The notes beneath the pieces were generated by a model. It saw nothing but the letters and a program-made list of their open reading frames with translations. It did not search any database and was not told the DNA's origin. Positions 1 to 7,300 of a stretch of DNA of 11,184 nt are shown in pieces; the stretch's first letter is position 1, and each line of letters begins with the position of its first letter. Source of the stretch: an uncultured bacterium (GTDB lineage: Bacteria; Lernaellota; Lernaellaia; Lernaellales; Lernaellaceae); the NCBI GenBank assembly GCA_964534375.1, contig CAZHPN010000189.1:1-11184 (forward strand), given 5' to 3'. A program made the position numbers and the translations under genes.

Positions 1-1982
1 TTGGCTTTGGCGTTGACCGCCCAGCCGTTGGCGTCGAGCAGGGGGCCGAGATTGCGCTGCCGCAGCTTCAACGCCGCGATCAGCATCGACGGGCCCGAGA
101 TCATGAACACGAGGCCGACGAAGCCCAGCGGCATCCAGAGGCCGAGGCCGAAGAACGAATTGAGCAACGCGCCCAACGCCGCGGTGATGCCGCCGACCGC
201 CACGCCCAGCGCGGCGATCGTCCCGATATCGAATTTCCCTTTGGGCGTCGGCACGTGAACCGCCGACGCCGGCGGCGCGGGCTGGTCCGCGTCGCCCGCG
301 GCGACCGACTCGACCGCCGTGGTCTTCAGCTTGTCGACCGCGGCGGTGTCGGCGGCGGCCGCGCGCTTCGCCACCTGCTCCTCGACCCAGCGAATGGCCC
401 GCTTGTACGGCCCCCAAAACGCCTCGCGGATGCTGATCGGGTTCTCGACGATCTTCACCACCGTCGCGTCCCAGTCGCGGCCCCGCCCATCGTAAAACAC
501 GCCGTTGCGGCCGACCGTCAGATTGTCCGATTCGCCGTCGGTCACGGCCGCGACGATCGACATGCGTTCGCCCGACGCGCGCCGCACGCAATCGCAGTAA
601 ATGAGGAAACTGCGGCTGAGGTGCGACATCGTCAGGTGTTTCGCCACGTCATCCACGTGGATGCACAATTCGCAGCTTCGTTGATCGAGATACAGCGTTC
701 CCGCCTGGAAAATCGCCTTGCGCCGTCCGCTGTAGAAATCGCGGAACGAGACGAAATTGTTCAACAGGCGCAGCAAATCGCGCCGGTAGCGCACCAAGCG
801 ATCCACGGACGCGATCGCGTCGAATTCCGGCTCCAGCGCCTTGTCTTGGGCGATCAGCCCGGTCAGCGTCTCCCGTTGGCCGCCGCTCAAGATCGTGCGA
901 ATGCGGTCGAGCCCCAGCTTTTCGACCGACACCACGGGTTTCGCGTCCCGCCACGCAAAGTGCGGCGCGAACTTCTCCTGCAGGACCGCCCATTGCGATT
1001 CGGTCAACGTCGCGGCGTCGCCGAGCAGCGGCGCCACGACCTGCGCGCGGAATGCGGCGGCTGCGGCAGCCCAGGCCGGGTTGACGCCCTCGCCCAACGG
1101 CAACGGCCGCTCGGCCGCAATGCGCGCCAGCGGCAACGCGGCGACCTCGAGGGCGGCGGCAGTCAATTCTTTCGCGGCGAGCGTTGAAAAGACCTTTTCG
1201 TCCGGGTTGAGCGCGTCGGCCGAGCGCGGCTCGAACGCCGCCAGCCGGCAGCGGACGAAATAATCCTCGATCTTGGGCCGCAGGGCGGCGAACGCCGTGG
1301 CGGCGTCGGCGGTCGCCTCGCCCAGCGGCTTTAACTCCGGCCGTTCGTCCGCTTGCCGCTGCCAATCGGCGTACGCCTGGCACTCGGCGAAAAACCGGTC
1401 GGCGGTCTCTTGATTCACGCCGGGTTTGCCGCTGCGATCGGTCTGACCGCCCAGGCATTCGATAATGTCTTCGATGACCGAGGCGGTCGGCTCCTCGGTC
1501 GACTCGGCGGGCAGCACGCCGTCGCCGTTGAAATCGGTTTGCGAGAAGACCTTGGCGGTGTCCGCGGTGTCCTCGGCGCCGATCGCCGTCGCGTCCGCTT
1601 TGCCGAGACTGGCCAGAATGCGCTTGGCGGAGGCGAGAATCCGTTTGCCGTCGGGCGTGGCGTCGTTGATCGCGTCGAGGGGCAGAACGTCGCCCGGCGT
1701 CATCAACAGGTCCGGATCCTTGAGCCGTTCCACCGTCCATTGCGCCGCCGCGATGAGTTCCGACGCCCGAATGCGGCCGTCCTTGTCGCCGTCGATCAGG
1801 GCCAGCGTGTCGGGGTCGAGAGACAGGCCGTGCGTCGGGCAGCTCAGGGCCATCCACAGCTTTTGATCGAGTTCGCCAAGCGCCGCGATATCCGCGCCGG
1901 TGTCGAATTTCACCTGGTCGAAGCCGCCGGCGCGAAAGAAATTCCAACGGCGCGGGCCCGCCTCCTCGTTCGCCTTCTCCAT
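1..1982 (-). CDS. Conserved hypothetical membrane protein with EF-hand-like Ca2+-binding loops (3' end outside window, >660 aa)
   Basis: Translated by hand: ATG at 1982-1980 with a GAGGAG Shine-Dalgarno (1994-1989), then MEKANEEAGPRRWNFFRAGGFDQVKFDTGADIAALGELDQKLWMALSCPTHGL... open to the window edge (...RNLGPLLDANGWAVNAKA). Canonical EF-hand loop DGDKDGRIRASE (1793-1758), a second loop DFNGDGVLPAES (1535-1500), and a C-terminal hydrophobic stretch (IGTIAALGVAVGGITAALGALL...LGFVGLVFMISGPSMLIAAL). Absent from the ORF track, presumably because its stop codon lies outside the window. Confidence 0.88.
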   Translation of the reverse strand, partial: MEKANEEAGPRRWNFFRAGGFDQVKFDTGADIAALGELDQKLWMALSCPTHGLSLDPDTLALIDGDKDGRIRASELIAAAQWTVERLKDPDLLMTPGDVLPLDAINDATPDGKRILASAKRILASLGKADATAIGAEDTADTAKVFSQTDFNGDGVLPAESTEEPTASVIEDIIECLGGQTDRSGKPGVNQETADRFFAECQAYADWQRQADERPELKPLGEATADAATAFAALRPKIEDYFVRCRLAAFEPRSADALNPDEKVFSTLAAKELTAAALEVAALPLARIAAERPLPLGEGVNPAWAAAAAAFRAQVVAPLLGDAATLTESQWAVLQEKFAPHFAWRDAKPVVSVEKLGLDRIRTILSGGQRETLTGLIAQDKALEPEFDAIASVDRLVRYRRDLLRLLNNFVSFRDFYSGRRKAIFQAGTLYLDQRSCELCIHVDDVAKHLTMSHLSRSFLIYCDCVRRASGERMSIVAAVTDGESDNLTVGRNGVFYDGRGRDWDATVVKIVENPISIREAFWGPYKRAIRWVEEQVAKRAAAADTAAVDKLKTTAVESVAAGDADQPAPPASAVHVPTPKGKFDIGTIAALGVAVGGITAALGALLNSFFGLGLWMPLGFVGLVFMISGPSMLIAALKLRQRNLGPLLDANGWAVNAKA

Positions 1983-1988
1983 TACGCT

Positions 1989-1994
1989 CTCCTC
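1989..1994 (-). promoter_or_regulatory. Shine-Dalgarno site for the EF-hand membrane protein
   Basis: Minus strand reads GAGGAG-AGCGTA-ATG, preceded by an A-rich tract (complement of the T-run at 2004-2018). Confidence 0.75.
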
Positions 1995-2137
1995 GTCGGA
2001 CTATTTTTTTCTTTGTTTCGTCTTGCGACGCGCGAAGACGGCGGGCGACGCACAGCCGGGGCGGCCGCCCTGCCGGCACCATGACAGATTAACCATGCCC
2101 GACCGCGCCGGGAAGTTATTGTCGAATCAAATTTTCG

Positions 2138-2407
2138 CTAGTCTTCGCCGAATTTCGCGGCGAAAAGGTCCGTCAACGCCTGCACGGCGCGCGCCGCGTC
2201 CGGTCCGCCGGCCCGGATCTGCACGACGCTGCCCCGGATCGCGCGCAACTCGATCATGCTCATGATGCTTTTGGCGTCCGCCGCGCGGCCGTTGAACGAA
2301 ATCTCCAGCGTGCAATCAAAGGCGGCCAGCAGCTTCACGATTTTCCCGGCGACGCGCAGGTGCATGCCCATTTGATTCGTCAAGGCGATTTCTCGTTCGA
2401 TTTCCAC
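2138..2407 (-). CDS. ptsH: HPr-family phosphocarrier protein (HPr/NPr-like), 89 aa
   Basis: GTG start at 2407 with GGAG just upstream gives MEIEREIALTNQMGMHLRVAGKIVKLLAAFDCTLEISFNGRAADAKSIMSMIELRAIRGSVVQIRAGGPDAARAVQALTDLFAAKFGED. It has the phospho-His motif G-M-H-L-R (His codon 2362-2360), the regulatory-Ser motif DAKSIM (Ser codon 2269-2267), a typical C-terminal FGE, and typical HPr length. The 188-aa track ORF is over-extended at the N-terminus. ptsH versus ptsO/npr cannot be resolved from sequence alone. Confidence 0.9.
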   Translation of the reverse strand: MEIEREIALTNQMGMHLRVAGKIVKLLAAFDCTLEISFNGRAADAKSIMSMIELRAIRGSVVQIRAGGPDAARAVQALTDLFAAKFGED

Positions 2408-2548
2408 TTCGCTCCACCGCACGTTCAACGCCCAATATGCGCCGTCGACAACGAAAACGGAATCGATATCCGGCACGAACGAGTAATTTTCTTGCAAATA
2501 TTCGGCGAAAAAGCGGCGGCGGGGTTTGGTGAATCGGCCCCATCGGCA

Positions 2549-2588
2549 TCTTAACGTTTTCTTAACGCGCGGCGGCTTCGTCTTTACA
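2549..2588 (+). promoter_or_regulatory. Direct-repeat operator, OmpR/PhoB-family (KdpE-like) binding-site candidate
   Basis: TCTTAACG at 2549 and 2560 (exact repeat, 11-bp period) and TCTTTACA at 2581, in an AT-rich patch about 115-155 bp upstream of the beta-barrel gene. Confidence 0.55.
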
Positions 2589-2690
2589 ACATTTTGAGCG
2601 GCAGGTGCGCACGTTTTCTCACCGGGATATCGGCGATGGCGACGCCTGTTACGCCAGGCTCCCGGCAGAACCGTTCTGAAAAACTGCGAA

Positions 2691-2695
2691 AGGAG
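2691..2695 (+). promoter_or_regulatory. Shine-Dalgarno site for the beta-barrel gene
   Basis: AGGAG located 7 nt before the ATG at 2703. Confidence 0.8.
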
Positions 2696-2702
2696 ACGTG
2701 CC

Positions 2703-4154
2703 ATGCGGATGACCTATCTTAAGGCGATCGGAATCGCTCTCGTCTGTTGCCTCGCGGTCGCAACGAACGCGGTCGCTGACTCGGCGCCCCAAGGCCAGCC
2801 CGCTCCGGCGACGACGCCGCCGGCCGAACCTCCGGCGACGACAACGACGGCGGAGGCGGCGGCGCCCGCGCCGGCGAAGACGCCGCCGGACGCGGAAAAG
2901 AAACCCGCGACGCCGACCGAGCCCTTCGCATTCGCCGACTATTCGTGGGTTCCCGGCAACGCCGGCGCCAGCGAGCGGCCCTTGACATGGGGCCCCTTCA
3001 CCGGCGAGGTCCGGGTCGATGTGGCCTACAACTACAGCTTCAATCGGCCGAAGGATGACACCATTTCCGGGTCCAGCGAGTGGTTTCGCCACAACGAATT
3101 TCAACTGACGGATCTCGCGTTCGGCGGCGACTTCCTTTATAAGAACGTGCAGGCGCGGATCATGGCGCAGTTCGGCTTGTACTCGGAGACCAACCCGCGC
3201 AACGATGTGAGCCCGAGCCGCGGTCAATGGAACCTCGCCGACGCCTATCGCTACCTCTCCGAGGCGTACGCCGGTTACCACATCGACGTGCTGCACGGCA
3301 TCAACGTCCAGGCCGGCATCTTCATGTCGTACATCGGCCTCTGGAGCTACTACAATTTCGACAACTGGACCTATCAGCCGTCCTACGTGTCGTCGAACAC
3401 GCCGTGGTTTTTCAACGGCATGCGCGTGCAAATCTTCCCGACCGACACCCTGAAAATCGAGCCGTGGATCATTAACGGCTGGCAGTCCTACGGCGAGTAC
3501 AACGAGGCGCCGGGCGTGGGCATGCAGATCGAATGGCGCCCGCACGTCGGCTGGTTCGCGCTCGTCGGGAACCAGTACACCGGAACCGACACGCTCGGCC
3601 TGGCGCGCCGCAAGCGCTTCCATACCGACGACAGCTTCATGTTCAAGTACCTGGACAAGCCGGAATTGGGCCTGGATAAGGCCGCATTTTCGCTGACGAC
3701 GGACGCCGGCTGCGAATCGGGCGACGGCGTCAAGTGTTCGAACCAATACTTCCTGGGCTTCATGGCCTACAACCGCTTCTGGTTCTACCACGACTACTTT
3801 GGGTTCACCTTCGGCGGCGGCGCGATTACGAACCCGGGCCGTTACATCGTGCTCTTGCCGCCGATCAACGGCGCGACGGCCATCTCCGGAACCCCTTACT
3901 TCACCGAAAACCCCGGCAACAAATACATGGCCTGGGACACGCAGGTGGCCTTTGACATCATGCCGCGCCCGTTCGTGACGTTTCGCCTCGAATACAATTA
4001 TCGCGCGGCGAGCGTCCCCTATTTCACCGGCCGCGGCGGCGTCACCCCTCCCGGCGGCAACCAGGGCGCGCCGGGGTCGCTGGTTCCCGGCTGGTCGCCC
4101 GATCTCGTGAAGACCGAGGCTCGCGTCGGCGGGGCGATGATGGTCAAGTTCTGA
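2703..4154 (+). CDS. Outer-membrane beta-barrel protein / putative porin (BBP2/DUF1597-like), 483 aa
   Basis: Sec signal peptide (MRMTYLKAIGIALVCCLAVATNAVA-DS), a Pro/Ala/Thr-rich linker, aromatic-rich amphipathic strands (YRYLSEAYAGYH, GINVQAGIFMSYIGLWSYYNFDNWTYQPSYVSSNTPWFFNG, VTFRLEYNYR), a C-terminal Phe beta-signal (MMVKF), and a strong RBS. Family assigned from recalled motifs. Confidence 0.88.
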   Translation: MRMTYLKAIGIALVCCLAVATNAVADSAPQGQPAPATTPPAEPPATTTTAEAAAPAPAKTPPDAEKKPATPTEPFAFADYSWVPGNAGASERPLTWGPFTGEVRVDVAYNYSFNRPKDDTISGSSEWFRHNEFQLTDLAFGGDFLYKNVQARIMAQFGLYSETNPRNDVSPSRGQWNLADAYRYLSEAYAGYHIDVLHGINVQAGIFMSYIGLWSYYNFDNWTYQPSYVSSNTPWFFNGMRVQIFPTDTLKIEPWIINGWQSYGEYNEAPGVGMQIEWRPHVGWFALVGNQYTGTDTLGLARRKRFHTDDSFMFKYLDKPELGLDKAAFSLTTDAGCESGDGVKCSNQYFLGFMAYNRFWFYHDYFGFTFGGGAITNPGRYIVLLPPINGATAISGTPYFTENPGNKYMAWDTQVAFDIMPRPFVTFRLEYNYRAASVPYFTGRGGVTPPGGNQGAPGSLVPGWSPDLVKTEARVGGAMMVKF

Positions 4155-4162
4155 TCCGAGTT

Positions 4163-4203
4163 CCGCGGCCGAGCGTACTCCGGTAACCATCGCTCGGCTG
4201 CGG
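4163..4203 (+). terminator. GC-rich stem-loop just after the beta-barrel stop codon (possible terminator or mRNA 3' stabiliser)
   Basis: CCGCGGCCGAGCG (4163-4175) pairs with CGCTCGGCTGCGG (4191-4203): 13 bp including one G-U, with a 15-nt loop. There is no U-tract, so it is not a canonical intrinsic terminator. Confidence 0.4.
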
Positions 4204-4211
4204 TCCGCCTC

Positions 4212-4284
4212 AAATCTCGCCGCAACCCCGCGCGGAGCGGAGTTGCGGCAAAGATTAAGCGCTCAATCGCGGAGATTGAGATTT
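4212..4284. other. Pair of inverted repeats with identical GCGGA loops
   Basis: GCCGCAAC-C-CCGC[GCGGA]GCGG-A-GTTGCGGC (4219-4249) and CTCAATC[GCGGA]GATTGAG (4262-4280). AAATCTC (4212-4218) can also pair with GAGATTT (4278-4284). Confidence 0.55.
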
Positions 4285-4317
4285 CGGGCGCCACTGGCGA
4301 TGCGGCGAACGCTTGCG

Positions 4318-4323
4318 TATTCT
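4318..4323 (+). promoter_or_regulatory. Putative -10 element (TATTCT) for a leaderless transcript of the giant radical SAM gene
   Basis: TATTCT (TAnnnT pattern) ends 6 nt before ATG 4330. There is no Shine-Dalgarno before ATG 4300 or ATG 4330. Confidence 0.4.
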
Positions 4324-4329
4324 AAGCCG

Positions 4330-7300
4330 ATGATCGCGTCGCGACCCGATGTCTTTCTCGTGCTCGTCCCGCCGTTCGGTCTGGAAGCGCCGCCGCTCGG
4401 ATTGGCCTGCATCGCCGCCGCCTTGCGCGCGGCCGGGCGCGTCGTTTGCGTCCGCGATTTCAACGTCGAATTGCACGCCCGTTTTACCGAAGAATTGGGC
4501 CATTTGTGGGCGCCGGAAAACAAGGCGGCGTGGGTGTTTGCGACGCGCCACCGCGCAACGATCGCCGCGTTCGGCGACGCGTTCGACCGCCTGGCCGAGG
4601 AGATCGCCGACGCCGCGCCCGCCATCGCCGGGTTTTCCGTACACAGCGACAACCTCGCCGCGACGATCGAGTTGATCGGCCGCGTGCGGTCGCGCCGGCC
4701 CGCGACGAAAATCATTGTCGGCGGCATGGGCGTTTTTTCCGCGCGCGGCCGCGAGGCGTTTCCCGCAGGCTTGGTCGATGCATTCGCCGTCGGCGAAGGC
4801 GAACGCACGGTCGTCGAGTTGGTCGACGCCTTGCTCGCGGGTCGCGACGCCGACGACGTCGCGGGCGTCGCCGCGCCGGGAAAGCCATTCCGCGGCCGGC
4901 CGGTTGCCGAATCGCTCGATGATTTTCCGATTCCGAATTTTGCCGATTTCGACCTGACAAAATACGCGACGCCGAATCTGCCGATCGCGTTCAGCCGCGG
5001 CTGCGTCAAAGGCTGCGCGCTGTGCGGCGACCGCGCGTTGATGGGGCGATTCCGCACGCGCAAGGCCGAAAGCGTGTTCGCCGAGATCAAACGCCACGTC
5101 GAGACGCTCGGCGCGCGCGACTTCATGGTCGTTGATTTGCAGATCACGCAGATGATGGACGAGGTCGTGCGGCTCGCGGAATTCATCGCCGCGGCCGGCA
5201 TCGAGATCCGCTGGAACGCCAACGCCGCCGTCGGCCCCGAACTGACGCCCGCCGCCCTCGCCGCCCTGCGCCGCGCCGGCTGCACGAATCTGACGCTCGG
5301 CGTCGAATCGGGCAGCGACGCCGTCTTGCGCCGCATGAACAAAGGCGTAACGGCGCAGCAAGCCGCCGAGGCCCTGCGCGCCGTGAAGGGCGCGGGGTTG
5401 CGCGCCTGGATCAACATCGTGGTCGGCTTCCCGGGCGAGACCGAGGAAAACGTCGCCGAGACTTTGGCGTGGCTCGAAGCCAATGCCGCGAACATCGACG
5501 AAGTGGGTGTGCTGAACACCTGCAACGTGCCCGAGTCGTCCGCCCTCGCCGTCGCGCCGGCCAAATATGGAATCTGCGAGCCGCTCGAATTCCCGTGGGC
5601 CGACGCGGCGTGGGTCGGCCTCGACGGCAATACGCCGGACGTCCGGCGGGGCCGTTTGCGGCGCGTCAAAGCGCTGCTCGATCGCCTCGGCATCCCCGTG
5701 CGGCAAACGAATGGCGATTTCGTCGACGAAGCGAGCGATCTCGCCGCGCAACAATATGACGCGTTGCTCGTTGTTTGCCCGCCGGATGAACCGACGCTGC
5801 CATCGCTGGCCATCGCGTCAGCCGCGTCGTTCTTGGCGCGAAGCCGCGCGCGCTTGCACATCGTCGATCTGAATTACGAAGAGTACGAACGCGCCGATGA
5901 GTCCAAGAAACGGCTGTGGGAAAATGGGCGCCTCACCGCTGGGACGTTAGCAGTTTCGCCAGCCGAACTCGCCACGCGTGTTTTGCAATTCGACGCGCCC
6001 GTGCTTTGTTTCGCGCTGACCGCGAGCGCCGCGGTCGTGACGCGCGAGGTCGTCCGCGCCGTTCGCGCGAGCGACCCCGCACGCCGCATTGTGATATTCG
6101 GCGACACAGCACGGCAGGCCGACGATTACGGTTTCGTCGTCGGCCGCGACGTCGATTTCATTGTCATCGGCGACCCGGAGGAGACGCTGGCCGAGATCGT
6201 CCGCCGCCGCGGCGAGCCTTACGAATTCCTCCGCGGCGCACGATTTGTGGCCGCCGCCGGCGAAAGCAACTTTCTGCCACGCGAGCCGATTCGCGATCTC
6301 GGCTCGCTGGGTTTTCCGACGTTCGAAGAATTTGCCCCGCGCCGCCGCCTCGGGCCGGCCTTGCCGATCCGGTTCAGCCGCGGTTGCCCGCGGCGCTGCG
6401 CCTTTTGCGGCGAACAACCGGCGGCGGGGCCGTTTCGCGCGCGGCGGCCTGCGGCGGTGCTCGCCGAGATGATTCATCATCACGAAACGTGGGGCGTGAC
6501 CGAATTTCGTTTTGCCGATTTGATCGTCAACGGCGACGCCGCCGCGCTCGAAGAATTGTGCGATTTGCTGGGCGCCGACGGCCGCCCGTGGCGTTGGACT
6601 GCGCAGGCCGCGCCGGACGCCGCGCTGACTCCGGCGCTGCTCGCCAAGATGGCCCGTGCGGGTTGCGCGCGGCTGCGCTTCGGCGTCGAGAGTTTCTCCA
6701 ACGCGCTGCTGGCGCGGATGAACAAGCCATACGACGGGCTGACGGCGACGGCGAATCTGCGCGATGCCCATGCCGCGGGCATCGAAACGCGCGTCAATTT
6801 GCTGATCGGTTTTCCCGGCGAAACCGAAGCGGATTTTCTCGCGACGGCGAAGGCGCTGCGCGAAGGGCGTGCGTTCATCGGCGGCGTCGATGGGCTGGCG
6901 CCGTGCGAAGTCCCGCACGGCAGTCTGCTCGAACGCGAATGCGCAAACCACGAAGTGCTGCTGCCCTCCGATTGGCCGCGCAAACATTGGTCGCACCGCG
7001 GCTGCAACAACCTCGCGTGGCGGCGCAAGCGCGCGGGCGAAATGGCGGCGTGGATCGCCGGCCTCGACCTCGTCTTCGATTACGATTTCCATCTGCCGCC
7101 GGGCGCGCCGCTGCGCAAGATCGAAGGGGCGATCCGCGAACGTTTGCGTCGCAAGACCGAACCGCCGCCGGCCGCCGTGCTCGTCGCGTTGCCGCCGTGG
7201 GGTTGGGAAAATCCGCCGGTCGGCCTGGCCTATCTCGCGGCGGCGCTGCGGGCGGCGGACCTGCCGGCGCGCGTGCTGGACTGCAATATCACATTTTACC

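Noticed and set aside
255..2084. Track ORFs 1..258, 255..1187, 649..2082, 841..1263, 1353..2084 and 1465..1866
   Set aside because: Arg/Gly/Ala-rich shadow frames overlapping the real minus-strand gene (1982 to <1), which has an SD and protein-like motifs.
2515..2600. c-di-AMP (ydaO) riboswitch suggested by GGTGAATC upstream of a possibly K+-related porin
   Set aside because: Only that fragment matches; the other conserved ydaO segments are not visible.
2408..2704. N-terminal 99-aa extension of the HPr ORF (track 2138..2704)
   Set aside because: It runs through the divergent promoter region and the porin RBS. A GTG with GGAG at 2407 gives a normal-length HPr, so this is not a fusion.
2636..2722. 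Small ORF MATPVTPGSRQNRSEKLRKETCHADDLS as a KdpF-like or RiPP precursor peptide
   Set aside because: Hydrophilic, lacks a clear SD, overlaps the porin RBS and start codon, and has no KdpF or precursor features.
2780..2925. GC-rich quasi-repeats (CCGGCGACGAC...) as a CRISPR array or tandem repeat
   Set aside because: They encode the low-complexity Pro/Ala/Thr linker of the porin; there is no constant repeat-spacer structure.
4155..4330. Cobalamin or SAM riboswitch upstream of the B12-radical SAM gene (GCCACTG at 4290-4296 resembles part of the B12 element)
   Set aside because: The other conserved elements (GGGAA, the GCCCCCGC-ACTGT core, the AGYCAG-AGACC B12 box) are not present in order. 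An Infernal search would be decisive.
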